Shown: piece after piece, positions 27,386 through 40,730 of the stretch
How positions within the stretch are numbered: the stretch's first letter is position 1
How the letters are laid out: each line of letters opens with the position of its first letter
Assembly: GCA_020137815.1 (NCBI GenBank)
Contig: CM035352.1
Coordinates: 2,604,001 to 2,668,000, forward strand
Length of the DNA: 64,000 bases
Direction: 5' to 3'
Source of the DNA: Hormiphora californensis
Lineage: Eukaryota > Animalia > Ctenophora
Program-made: the position numbers and the translations under genes
The notes under the pieces: model-generated
Told to the model about the DNA's origin: nothing
What the model saw: the letters and a program-made list of their open reading frames with translations, nothing else
Databases searched by the model: none

Positions 27386-30300
27386 CTACGTATTATAGAC
27401 CATCTGTATCTTATTAATTGGCACAAAAACACCCCTCTTGGCTTTACATTTGAAATAGGTGTGTCCTTGGTAAGTTCCATCATGGTTCCCTGTGTTGTTA
27501 GATAACTCAATACCCGCAAATAGACCGTCTTTACCCATTAGTCGACCTGTGTATCGAACAGTGCCCTCTTTCCAACTCGCCCTGCCCTTTTGAAGACTAC
27601 TCGAGCTCCCACCGTTACATCTGAAAATGGGATTGTGAATTGGGGAATGGGAGATAAACATATGGAGAATGGCGATATTTAGAGGTGTATCTGTGAATTA
27701 TGTTCTGACCGCGGTTCTCGAGAATCTGTCAGGCCAATGCTCTGACCACAGTTCTCGCGTGCTCTGAGAGAAATGAGAATAGGGCCAGGCCAATTTGCTC
27801 TGGACGATAGTACCACGCGACAGCGTGTTACTCTGACAGAAGTGCACTTCTGTCAGAGTAACACGCTGTCGCGTGGTACTATCGTCCAGAGCGTAAGCTG
27901 TCTGGCGCCGCGACCCATCTGAGCGCACTGTCGCACGCTCAGATTTGAGAATCAAATGGGGTATGGCGCCGCCGTACAGATCGTAAGTCGTAACACAGCT
28001 GCTATGATAGAAGTACAAGTTTGTATCGTGTGCAGTACCTGTATTGTTCTGTCCCGCTACTACTACTTGGGCCGGTGCTGCACTTCGACCACTGTCCTTT
28101 GAATCCCTCTTATTCTCCAACATTATATCATACGTTCTCCCACAGTAACTGCTCTTTCTCAATAGTTCCTGTTGTTGAGCCCCTGCTGTCGTCTGGGACC
28201 ATGCGTTCCACGGCTCACTAGAAGGGCGGGGTATGTTAGGGAACAAAACACTTTGACAAACTATCGAATTTTATTATAGTTGAGATCCTGTAAAGTGCTC
28301 GATCCGGGGTGGAGAGCCAAACTAGTTACTAAATACACTTATTTTGACAAACAAAACTCCAAATCTCGCTAGCCTGGTTGAGAGACAATTTCATACCTGG
28401 CATTAGCCCGTGTAATATAGTCTGCCTCCCATGCTGTCTGTGGAGGGTGTTGGTTGGTTGACGACTGATCCTCACCCCAGTTCTCCTCCTGCTTCACGTC
28501 CTCCCACTTTGTTCTACTACTCGGTGTCCCCCTCGCATCACCCTGATCGTATTTGGTCCTGTTTGGGGTTCCCCTGGCTCCATCCTGGTCCCATTTGTTT
28601 TGTTTGGGTGTCGTGGTCCCTGTTTCGTGGTCCCATTTCTTCACTATCGGCTCCGTTAAACTTGTCTCCATGTCCAACTTCTTGTACTTCTCAACTATTG
28701 CCAGTGCTTCTCGATACGTGTCATCCTCTTCTAGCACTGTGGGGATTACTCATAATAGCAGAAATAAATAAATGACACTCTCATTTCTCACTTTGAATTG
28801 ATACTGCAGACGTGCCGGCATCATACATAAGGGGTGTTTTCACTTTTCTACTACCCTTACTCAACAGCTTTGATCACGTTACCTGAGTTGGTGAGGTAGT
28901 TTTTGTCTTTTGTGTATCCTTTCTTCGGACTAATTACAGGCAAGTCCGTTATTTCCGAGATATCCCGATCAGACTTTAGTGCTGGTTTAACAGGAGTTGA
29001 ACTACTCATCTTATCAATGTTATCATCTTGGGGGAAGTTGTTGTTAAAAACAGAGTGTTCAATAAATCCATTGACTATAGGGCTTTTTAGATACAATGTG
29101 AGACAATATGACAACAGCAAAAGCGGATACAGCGATTTATTGGCTTACCAAAATATAAAGTTTTAGCAGGGTAGCTATCATCTTGTGGTATTAAAGGGTG
29201 TCTTCTTTCTGACTTCCTTCCCTCATCTTCCTTCCTCCACGCCCCTTGATCCCCCATCTTCATCTCTTCTTCTTTCTTCCAATCTCTCTGTTTCCGGGGC
29301 TCTTCATCCTTCCTCCAGTTATGTTCGGACCACCTATCATCCACTGGATCAGACCTCTTCTTATCACCCCACCTGTCTGTGTCTGCTGGGTCGGACCGCT
29401 TTTTGAAATCCAACTCCACCTCCAAGGAAGATGCTCTTTTCTTTAATCGCTCTACCTGATTCAGGGAATAGTCTCATTAGTTTACTACTAATTGTAAAAG
29501 TATTGTGTGGAGATAATAAGATCGAGAATTTAATCTGATACAACGTCACAAGCATGACGTCACGATGTGTTGTGACATCATCCCCACCTACCTCAGCCTC
29601 AGCGGCTGCTTTATCAAGAGCTGTCTCCCTCAGTTCCCTGCTCAACTCTTCTCGTTCCCCATTTAGCCGCTCTATCATAGTTCGGAGATTGTTCGAGCTC
29701 TGTGCAAGTTTCTCTGCCTCGTCCAGCTCTCGGGACTGTGCCAGATACTTGGTATGTAGTTCTGATATCTGATGAGTGGGTTAGCAATAATTTAATGTGT
29801 ACTGTGTCATGGTAATTTCAGCATATACATAAAGACACTGTCAGGCCAATGCTCTGACAGTAAAGACACACTCTAGTACTCTACATAAAAACCAAAGTAT
29901 CTGATCACATAGAACACATTCCAAACCTCTGTCTCAAGTTTACTCGTTGTAGACTTTAACTCTGCCATCATGTTATCATTGGACGTCCTCAGGGTGTCTC
30001 GGGTGTCTCGTAACTGAGTGATCTTGTCACGGGCCTTGTGCAGCTCCTCTTCTAACCGAACTTGCTCTGTAGAGGCCTCGTCTGCCTGTAAGATGGAGAG
30101 TGTTAGTGAACGGGCGATTTCTTGTATTGAAGGGCATATATTGTGGGAATGGGGCACAAAATAAAGTAGGGAAAAAACAGGGTCAGTTTCAGGTTGGTAC
30201 GTGTTCGATATCCTACCTTTTGTTCAGCCTCAGCCAAGAGACGATGTAACTTGTCCATTTGTGCTTTCCTCCAGTCATCAACAGGATCCGTCTTCAGCCC

Positions 30301-30716
30301 CGTTATCTTTTTAGTGTGATTCTGTTCCTGTCTCAGAAGGGTCTTCCGCAGTTCCGTGAGCTCCGTTTTTAGCTCTACATTCTCTCTTTTTACTATTGTA
30401 AACTCACTGTTTGTATCGCCCTTCTGGTTCTGGCCATCTATCAACTGGGGATATAAAATGGGGTCAGTCTCAAGCAGAGATAAAAGTTGGTGGTGCAGTC
30501 ACCTCCCTCGTTGAGTGTTGTTTTGCTTCGTCACCAAAGATAAAAACGATTTAATCATAACAGAAGGGCCCAATGCAACAAAAATTACCCGGGAATTGAA
30601 AAACAGTATGTCAGCATAACACGAACCTTAGAAAGTGTCTTCAGCTCTTTTGCCTGCTTTCTGTTATCTATTCTGAGCTTGGTGATTTCTGCTCTCAGTT
30701 CTTGGACCTCTTTCTC
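27386..30716 (-). CDS. Coiled-coil protein with C-terminal CAP-Gly domain (3' exons)
   Basis: GTVRYTG..GLFAGIEL..GNHDGTYQGHTYFKC..GVFVPINKI at 27386-27620, with multiple upstream coiled-coil exons (28396-30716). Confidence 0.8.
27797..27892. repeat. Perfect spacerless 96 bp palindrome (intronic)
   Basis: 48 bp arms exactly complementary around GTG|CAC (27844/27845). Confidence 0.95.
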
Positions 30717-31412
30717 CTGAAATTAAATTGATAAAATTAATAGTGAAATTATACTACCACATTCGCACTATGACAAGTGACATGAGTCATTAATAAGTGC
30801 TTATTAATCGGTGATCCGATTTCAGACTTGTGAAATAATAATGAATATTCATGAATCTTGGTTTAGGCTTGTTCCCTTCACTGACTACTGTACAACATAA
30901 AAACAACTGTTTCCTTGAATTGTTATGACCCCACCCCTCACTCAAGGCTGTGGTTACACACGTACAAGCTTAGTGACAAGCCAGCTAGATCTCATCTTGG
31001 TAACAAGTGTGAAGGAAATACAAATGGAAGAAACTAAAAGTGCTAGGGGCAGCATGTCAAGACAACAAGTATATAGAGAAACTCAGAGAGACATGTCAAT
31101 TCTCTCTTGGCATGGACAAGGGGACAAGCACAAAACATGCATGTTTCGAGCCAGCAAAATTGAAAGCATATCTATTACTTTTGTCCGGTATAATCCATAG
31201 TAATACATGACGACAGGGGACCGAGGATGAATCCTAGGATGGGACGGAGAGGAAGGAGCGGGTCCAGGGATGAAGGGGTAGGAGGATCTTGTTATTATAT
31301 ATGAGGAATAATGTCTGAGAACTATAAGCCAGGGTAATATATCAATATGGGCAGTGCTGAGTGCATGAGGTATGGAGTTCAATAAGTTGATTTCGTTATT
31401 AAAGATAGAGAG

Positions 31413-31414
31413 TC

Positions 31415-31498
<84 letters not shown>
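31413..31498. repeat. (GA)n microsatellite
   Basis: Dinucleotide run. Confidence 0.95.
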
Positions 31499-31502
<4 letters not shown>

Positions 31503-32047
31503 TGAGCTCTTAGTTACACAACACATCCGTTATTAATTCTCTCTCCCTCTCATTTCGGTTCGAGAAGTGCCGGTCTCTTTACCACATCTATGAGGGGGAA
31601 TTCAAATTATGAGCCCTTAGTTTCACGTGAACGTGAGAGAGTGTTGGAATGGTGTGCTTTCAATACAAGAAAAGCGCGCGGGTCTGCGCGTCACATTTTC
31701 AATCCCGCTGGTCGGTAGCATGTGGGGAGGGGGGACTTGGCACGCAAATTGACTGACGCGTGGTGAAGTGCATGACACAATGATCACCAGGGCGCATGGA
31801 GAGTTTCTAGAATTCTACATGATGACACATCAGAAGGAACATTTCCGATGACCAACGCCAAAGCCAAAAAGGCGGGAACGGGAACATGGGAAGCGGAAAT
31901 AGAGCTCTAGATAGACCAATTGGAGTATCATGAGAGGCCACTTATTCGAATATTGACCTCATGATCTGTGGCACAGTTAAGCCGTAGTGACTTTTTCTAT
32001 ATCATCGGTCTATTCCTGAAAATTTGTACCCACTACATGTATAAAAT

Positions 32048-33344
32048 GGAGGGTGAGATTCCTTCCCACGCCCTTGAGATGCAGGCCGCGGCTAATGTCT
32101 ACTTTTTTTAGATAGCAATAGTGTCCTACAGACCAGGCAGGGAATCTTCAGGGGTGACCCGGCATACCCCGGGGTAAACCATGAAGCTCTTGAACTGCCT
32201 GGAGCATCTCACATACCACTCCAAGGAAACAGAGCTGCCCTCCTTGGGTGGTGTGTTTTTCTCTCTTCCTTTCTCTAATCCGCTCATGACTCATCTCTCT
32301 CTGAATAGAGATACCCCCGGCCGGTATTACACCATCTCCCCAGCCTTGTGCACTGGGCCAAAGTAGATGGCTAAATACCGGCCAAAACCCGTCCTCCAGC
32401 AAAAGTCCAGGCTGGAGGAGGTCTAATCTCAACTGGCCATCCTCTACCTTCTGTCCACCTAGCCTCTGGACAGGTATAAAAGGTCTAACAAGCTAGGTCA
32501 TAACTGGTTAGCTACCACCGACTCTCGGCAAAATTCCCACGCCGAGGTCGAGATAAACTCAAGGGGTGTTTCCGTAGCCCAACAGGGAGAAACTACACTA
32601 ACCAGTAGCCTCGCTACTACCTACGCTTCTTCAAAAGTCCATGAGAAGCGTAGGAGATTCCCAAATGGCGATTACCCCCCAAACGATGAAGGTAACAAAC
32701 CAACATCATCACTCTCTACCAACAAACAAGCCTCCACAAAAACCTGATCAACAAACAGAACAAACCACTATCCCATGCTACAAAACAAATTTCTATGAGT
32801 GACACACATAGATACCTAACCCACTAAACATTTCACACGCCAGAGTCCCGTTAATTGGGAAGGAACCTGCCCTAACTACCCCATGAACGGCCGGACGCTG
32901 CATCTGCATCACGAACAAAAAGTGATGTTCCATGAACCCGCATGGAGTACTGATTACAAATCAGAGGTTGGCAGCGCAAAATCTACAAAGGTGCCATAGT
33001 CAATGGAGCGTCCGAATTGTCCTAGCCAAGGCCACATCTAAAGCGATCAATGCTGAGATGCCACTCACCAAGGATCGCTGGAGATATCCGAGACTGGCAC
33101 AATGTGAAAACAGTGCTGGTGCGGTCCTTTTCATGGGACCTGTCAAGGCAGTTATGGGAGACGATTCCACCCTTATCTCCAAAACCATGGACACAAGACG
33201 GAGGAAGAAAACTCTCCCGGGGGAAAGAGGAAACTCTGGAACCTGAGCTCCGTCCTTCTCGGGCGTGAGGAACTGGCTGCCGGACGGGATAAAATCACAA
33301 GTAGAGGATTGGAAGCGGAGGCGCATACAACAACAACAACAACA
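32048..33344 (+). mobile_element. 1.3 kb non-coding non-LTR retroelement with (CAA)n tail (copy 1; possibly RTE-derived)
   Basis: 11 bp TSD ATGTATAAAAT (32037-32047 / 33345-33355); (CAA)n tail; near-identical to 35487-36784. Confidence 0.88.
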
Positions 33345-34962
33345 ATGTATAAAATAGACACACATTAATAAAAATTCTCGGCTATCCACGGGTGACGATC
33401 ACATCACGTTATTTTGACGACGTGATTGATTGGTACAGTCATATTCCGATTCATCGGCCTCTGATAAACTTCCTCCCATATAGGAAGTTGACCTTATTTG
33501 ACCCCGATGTACCCGCACTTGTTCAACCCTTGGGACAGCTGTCTCACAAATGTAAAGAAGGGTTAGAACATAACGACCGGACACCTTGCCTTGCCTCACC
33601 AAACCCCGCACGACACAGCATTCCAATGTACCGGGTAAAATCCTTTCCTTGAGCATTCCGGTAAATCGGATCGGATCGGATCGGATCATGTATCACAGCT
33701 GCTCACGGTACTAGGAGCCAAAAATGAAAGTGAGGTATAGCGAGTAACCAATCGTTACTATAGGAGAAACCTATATACAAGGCCATCTAACGAAGAAATT
33801 GGCCCCGTAAACTATATAGATTATTGTGATTTTTATAAAATTTGCACTTGTGTATTTATTGCTGCAGGCTGCTGGACAAGCTTCAAATTGTTGAGTGTTC
33901 TCAGAAACTCAGAGTGAAGGCTGCTTGCTACAATGAAGCTATGTACATGATACATTACCGAACTAAACAAGCAAGACATGTTTTGTTGGCCGACACTCAA
34001 CAGATACAGCTACCAGCTACAATATTGAGAACTGAGACTGGAACAGACGTCAGACATGTTGGAAACTCTTGTTATATGCTCTAACCCTCCTTTATGTGGA
34101 GAGAGATTAAGGTTGAACAAGACGAGGGAACTCAATATTATCGTTGTTGAAAGACAATATTTAAAAGACAATTGTGAACTTGTGAACTTGTCCCACTATG
34201 ATAGGTGTGGAGCGTGTGAACAATGTGTTACACATACCCCGTAAAATGGCATTTGATGTAGCTGCTCAATGTTGTACACGCAAAGGTAAGAAAGCTACAA
34301 AGAAGAGTACAAACAAAGCTCGTGTTGCGTCTTAAAGTCTGAGATTACTAAGGGCTATAAGTGTGCTTTGGTTCAACTGCTTCTGATTGGTTGAAACACA
34401 GTCACGTGACCTCGGGAGGCCTTCTCATTGGCCGGTGAGTGCACCAATTATAAATTATACACTGATCGAGTACGCCAAGAACGAGAGATGGGCAATTATG
34501 GGGCAGACCAATCGGGGTACAGAAGAGGCACACGTGACAACAAGGGACAAGGAACTCTCTTTTTCTCCATATCTCTTTCCTTTTCTCTCTCCTTTTCTCT
34601 CTCTCTCTCTCTCTTTCTCCCTCTCTCTTTCTGTTTGGGTAAACCATTAGTTTAACGGTCTGAAATTTACCGCTGAAAATAAGGGACCAGTGTTGGTCGT
34701 AACTAACCCGGAAATGTGGATGGAAATGAGTGGTCATTACAAATCATAATTGTTGGCCACAGATTCTCAACAATTATGATTTCTAATGGGATTACAATAA
34801 CGTACCTGCACCATGGTCTGCGTGCAATACATGTGATGTTGGAAGTGATTAGAGGGACCACTTAGTGATATAATAACTGATCCTGAAACGTGATGTGGGG
34901 TGACCGAATGATGCAGGGTGATTAGTATCGTCTGAATATCGCTCCACCACCCCCGAACCTAC

Positions 34963-37900
34963 CTGATCAGTATACAATCCAGAGGTCAGGGTCAGATCTG
35001 GATCTAGTTTAGTAGAACTCTGAAATTAGAAGTGATCATTTTCTGTCTACGATTAGTCTCCGGAATTTGCAAAATGAACATTCTCCCTGCTCTGAACTGC
35101 AGGTCTCAACAAGATATTTACCTCAATTGTAGCGGGTTTTCTACGGTGTCTTTTTCTCCTTGTCTTCCCAAACTCTACCAAATCACCATTCGTATCTCCA
35201 TTGACACGGCTGAAACAAATATAATTATCGTTTAGCAAGTAGGATGGGGAAACAATTATCTCCTACTGAATGATCCTATCGTAGGGATCGATTCTCTTCA
35301 CATACCGGGTAGCTGGAGAGAACCCTAACTAAATAGTTCCCACACTTGGTTTTTGCAATGTACTTTCAGAAAGTTTGACAAAATTGGAGACAACTCATCA
35401 CCCACATTCCAATAGATAATACATGTGATTTGGGTAAGGACCAGGAATTTTGGGGGGGCAAGCTAATTCCTTCACTAATAGTTAGTGGAGGGTGAGATTC
35501 CTTCCCACGCCCTTGAGATGCAGGCCGCGGCTAATGTCTATTTTTTTAGATAGCAATAGTGTCCTACAGACCAGGCAGGGAATCTTCAGGGGTGACCCGG
35601 CATACCCCGGGGTAAACCATGAAGCTCTTGAACTGCCTGGAGCATCTCACATACCACTCCAAGGAAACAGAGCTGCCCTCCTTGGGTGGTGTGTTTTTCT
35701 CTCTTCCTTTCTCTAATCCGCTCATGACTCATCTCTCTCTGAATAGAGATACCCCCCGGCCGGTATTACACCATCTCCCCAGCCTTGTGCACTGGGCCAA
35801 AGTAGATGGCTAAATAACCGGCCAAAACCCGTCCTCCAGCAAAAGTCCAGGCTGGAGGAGGTCTAATCTCAACTGGCCCCCCTCTACCTTCTGTCCACCT
35901 AGCCTCTGGACAGGTATAAAAGGTCTAACAAGCTAGGTCATAACTGGTTAGCTACCACCGACTCTCGGCAAAATTCCCACGCCGAGGTTGAGATAAACTC
36001 AAGGGGTGTTTCCGTAGCCCAACAGGGAGAAACTACACTAACCAGTAGCCTCGCTACTACCTACGCTTCTTCAAAAGTCCATGAGAAGCGTAGGAGATTC
36101 CCAAATGGCGATTACCCCCCAAACGATGAAGGTAACAAACCAACATCATCACTCTCTACCAACAAACAAGCCTCCACAAAAACCTGATCAACAAACAGAA
36201 CAAACCACTATCCCATGCTACAAAACAAATTTCTATGAGTGACGCACATAGATACCTAACCCACTAAACATTTCACACGCCAGAGTTCCGTTAATTGGGA
36301 AGGAACCTGCCCTAACTACCCCATGAACGGCCGGACGCTGCATCTGCATCACGAACAAAAAGTGATGTTCCATGAACCCACATGGAGTACTGATTACAAA
36401 TCAGAGGTTGGCAGCGCAAAATCTACAAAGGTGCCATAGTCAATGGAGCGTCCGAATTGTCCTAGCCAAGGCCACATCTAGAGCGATCAATGCTGAGATG
36501 CCACTCACCAAGGGTCGCTGGAGATATCCGAGACTGGCACAATGTGAAAACAGTGCTGGTGCGGTCCTCTTCATGGGACCTGTTAAGATAGTTATGGGAG
36601 ACGATTCCACCCTTATCTCCAAAACCATGGACATAAGACGGAGGAAGAAAACTCTCCCGGGGGAAAGAGGAAACTCTGGAACCTGAGCTCCGTCCTTCTC
36701 GGGCGTGAGGAACTGGCTGCCGGACGGGATAAAATCACAAGTAGAGGATTGGAAGCGGAGGCGCTTACAACAACAACAACAACAACTAATAGTTAGTCTA
36801 AAGGGTCCTTATTCACCAAAAAAAAGTTTTAAATCTGAAGTGGTGGGGAAGACCTCTATAATTGGCCTTAATTGGCGGTAATTGGGTATTCCCCTAACTT
36901 GGCTTAGAATTGGAGTAGAGACAAAAATAAAGACACTAAAATGTGTAGAATCATCACATTATAGGGGGTAGAGACCATTACTGAGTCGATATCTCCAATA
37001 CTAATTGATATAATTGAGTTAATTGGATAATTCATGCCGCGCATGGTTGCCAAATACAAATCGTCTTAGAATAGGAGTAGAAATGAAAATAGGGACACTA
37101 ATCTGTGCAGCGTCCTCGAATTAGTGGGGGTAGACACCCATGAAAAGTTCCTATCTCAATTAGTTAATTGGATAATTGGATAATTAGATATGCGCATAGC
37201 CGTATTAGCCTATTAGATATTCAGCAGACCATATATACGTACGCCTAGTACCCTCCTAAACACCCCTCAGACCCTGTTAGATACCTATTACACTCCATTA
37301 GATGCCCCTCGAAGCTTTCTAATTAACTCTTACAACTCACTGGGTAACCCTGCTAGATACACATCAGATCTTGCTAGATACCCCTGAACCCCCAAAGATA
37401 CCCCTAGAAATCAGAATCTACTAGATTCATACCCCATTAGACCCCATTAGATATCTGTCAGACCCTTCTAGACACCCCTCCAGCTCCTTAGATAAGCATA
37501 TTACCATCCAAGACACCCCTCAGACCCTACGCTTCTTAGATACCCATTACACCCTATTAAATACCCTTCAAGCCCCTCAAGAGCTTCCTAGATACCCCTC
37601 ACAACTTTTTTGATACCCTAATAGACTCCCAGACACACCCATACCCCTGAAACCCTCCATTAGATAGCGCTCTGAGGAGTGAAGGGTGTCTAGGAAGCTC
37701 TGAGGGGTATCTAGAAGGATCTGAGGGGTATCTGATTGTGTAGCGTGTATAGTAGAGTCGGATATCTGTCAGACCCTTCTAGATACCCTTCAGAGCTTCA
37801 TACCTGACCCTGGGCCTACTAGATACCCATCATACCCTATTAGATGCCCCTCAAGCCTCAATGCAAAGCTTGATATACATACCCCTCACAGCTCTTATTA

Positions 37901-40400
37901 ATCCTATTAGCCTCCTAGGCACCCCTCAGACTTTGATCTACCGAACCCTCCCAAGGGGTGTGAGCCACACAACGCAGACCCTACTAGATACCCCTAAAAC
38001 CCTCCAAGATACCTCTCCGACTCTACTATATACCCCTTAGACACTATCAGATACCCCTCAGATCCTTCTAGATCCCCTCAGAGCTTCTTAGACACCCCTT
38101 AGACCTCAGAGCACTATCTAATGGAGGGTTTCAGGGGTATGGGGGTGTCTAGGAGTCTATTAGGGCGTCTAAAAAGCTGTGAGGGGTATCTAGGAAGCTC
38201 TTGAGGGGTGTAATGGGTATCTAACAAGCCCATGATCTGAGGGGTATCTAGGAGGGTAACAGGCTTATCTAAGGAGCTGGAGGGGTATCTAGAAGGGTCT
38301 GACAGATATCTAATGAGGTCTAAGGGGGTTTCTAGTAGCTACTGGGGGTATCTTTGGGGGGTTCAGGGGTACCTAGCAAGATCTGATATGTTTCTAGCAG
38401 GGTCAGATGGGTATCTAGAGGGGTAAAATGGCTATCTAAGGAGCTGTGAAGGTATCCATGAAGATCTGAGGGGTATCTAGAAGGATTTTAGGGGTATGTA
38501 ACGGGGTCTAAGGGGTATCTAGTACAGTCTAATGTGTATCATGGAGAGTTTTAGGGGTATCTAGGAAGATCTAAAATACATCTAGCAGGGTCTGAGGGGT
38601 GTATAGGACGGTAAAAGGGTTACCTAATGAGGTGTAAGGGCTATCTAGGAAGCTTCGAGGGGCATCTAATGGAGTGTAATAGGTATCTAGCAGGGTCTGA
38701 GGGGTGTTTAGGAGGGTACTAGGGGTACGTAGGAGGCTCTTAGAATCTCAGTGTATCTTATATATGGTCTGCTGAATATCTAATAGGCTAATACGGCTAT
38801 GCGCATATCTAATTATCCAATTATCCAATTAACCAATTGAGATAGGAACTTTTCATGGGTGTCTACCCCCACTAATGCGAGGACGCTGCACAGTTTAGTG
38901 TCCCTATTTTCATTTCTACTCCTATTCTAAGACGATTTGTATTTGGCAACCATGCGCGGCATGAATTATCCAATTAACTCAATTATATCAATTAGTATTG
39001 GAGATATCGACTCAGTAATGGTCTCTACCCCCTATAATATGATGATTCTACACATTTTAGTGTCCTTTTTTTAGTCTCTACTCCATTTCTAAGCCAAGTT
39101 AGGGGAATACCCAATTACCGCCAATTAAGGCCAATTATAGAGGTCTTCCCCACCACTTCAGATTTAAAACTTTTTTTTGGTGAATAAGCACCCTTTAGAC
39201 TAACTATTAGTGAAGGAATTAGCTTGCCCCCCCAAAATTCCTGGTTGGCCCGATTATTTACCCAAATCACATGTATTAAGAGATGAAAACAGATAATTAC
39301 CTATTAGATGTCTCTGATGAACTAAGATCGGCACTCCAAGCTTCCTTTGTTCGCGGCGGCAAGACTCCCCCTGACTGTTCTAAAACATGAAACTGGGGTG
39401 AAAACATGAAAGAAACATGACTGTGGTGTAAAACGTGAAACACAAAATCTCACGATGTGACTCTCAGCTCTCTGTGCATGTACCTGATACATCGCTAGGT
39501 GAAGAAAGTGGCACACTGATCTTTACTGCAGAGCTGGTTACGGAACTTGCCAGAGAACTCCCTCCCCCAGTGCCAATGGACCACGTCTCGTACTCCTGCC
39601 CTGCAGCGGAGAGAGTGATATATTGAGGAGGGGAATAGGGATTTAAGGGCTAGAGACGTGTATCGGGCGACATTTCGAATAAGGGGATAAGGGGGAGGGC
39701 TAAGATTTAGGATAATCAACGAAATGGAATTTGAAGAGAGAGACCCAATATAACACGAGAAAAGGTTGCTGATAGAGAAAGTAGGTAGAATGAAAGAGAG
39801 TCATTTTAACCGTTATAAGAATTGTATTGTGGTTACCATGACAACAAATGTGTTTCTAAGGGGGAGGGGGGCTCACTTGTAATATGCAGGTTGATAAGAG
39901 CGCCGAGGGTTGAGAAAGGGGCGACAGAGAGAACATCGTCCCCTATAACAAGCTGTCCCTCCCACCCCGTACCATCCGGCACTACTATTTCATCTGACTG
40001 GTATAGATCCTCTGAGACACTGCAATTAGGATTTAGGAACAATTGATTAGTAACTTTACAATTAGGAGAAATTAATCGATAACTTTATTTGTGTTATTAT
40101 TTGTGTTATCATGTACTGTGCGTGGAACATGTTATCTACATACGTATTTGAATTTAAAATAAAATTAAACGATTGTTACCGATTGAGCGTGATTTGAGGT
40201 GTATCCAGACACGTTGTCAGTAGGTAGATCTCACTATCCAAACACTCTTTTGATACAAATTGGAATTTCTTCTTGGTAACTGCTGCTGCTGCGGTGTTCT
40301 CCTCAACATCAGAATCAGCTAGTCCCGAGCACTCTGTTAGGTAGTGATCTTGGAGGTGTTCCTCGGTAGACACAAAGTGACAACATAGGGGACATTTCAT
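34963..40400 (-). CDS. Upstream exons beginning with a CxxC..H..C zinc-finger-like motif; probably the 5' half of the CAP-Gly gene
   Basis: Phase-consistent exons 40180-40400 (MKCPLC..LQDHYLTEC), 39877-40019, ~39484-39600, ~39301-39321, ~35268-35312, 35122-35209, 34963-35019. Ends in phase 0, matching the 30716 exon. Confidence 0.55.
35419..39276. mobile_element. Foldback-type non-autonomous DNA element, ~600 bp TIRs, internal GATACCCCTCAGAC-type repeats, TA flanks
   Basis: TA|ATACATGTGATTTGGGTAA..TTACCCAAATCACATGTAT|TA; 36798-37320 is the reverse complement of ~38645-39198; the left TIR is interrupted by a retroelement. Confidence 0.85.
35487..36784 (+). mobile_element. 1.3 kb (CAA)n-tailed retroelement (copy 2), nested in the foldback TIR
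   Basis: 13 bp TSD ACTAATAGTTAGT (35474-35486 / 36785-36797); the right TIR preserves the empty site. Confidence 0.9.
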
Positions 40401-40730
40401 AACTGGAGAGATGTAATAGTGGGGTGGTTAGGGATGGTTTGGGGTGGTTAGCTATATAGAGGAAATTGAGAGGACAACAGATCGGCAAAATAATAATTTA
40501 TTTATGGTGTAAGTTTTGGATCTTTTAATCATGTCTAAAAAAGGAGCCAAGTCATCATTATTTTCCATCGTAAAAACTCTAGCAGCGTCATATATACTCA
40601 AAGGAAGTTTTGGGCTTATGTTTCTTTTTTTTGACAACCGAAAGCCTCATATCTGTATTTTGCCTTATTCTCGTTTGTTTACTTTTCTCACGGCTATATC
40701 TAAAGTGTGTCGTTCCCATAGCAACTAGGA

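Noticed and set aside
32048-32105. HDV-like ribozyme at the 5' end of the (CAA)n element (TTCCCACG, GGCTAATG)
   Set aside because: P1 and P2 can be drawn, but there is no room or complement for P3 and no GG for P1.1; simple hairpins explain it better.
34669-34670. 2-nt microexon pattern (tttcag CG gtaaat, minus strand)
   Set aside because: Not needed for frame in any model; probably chance.
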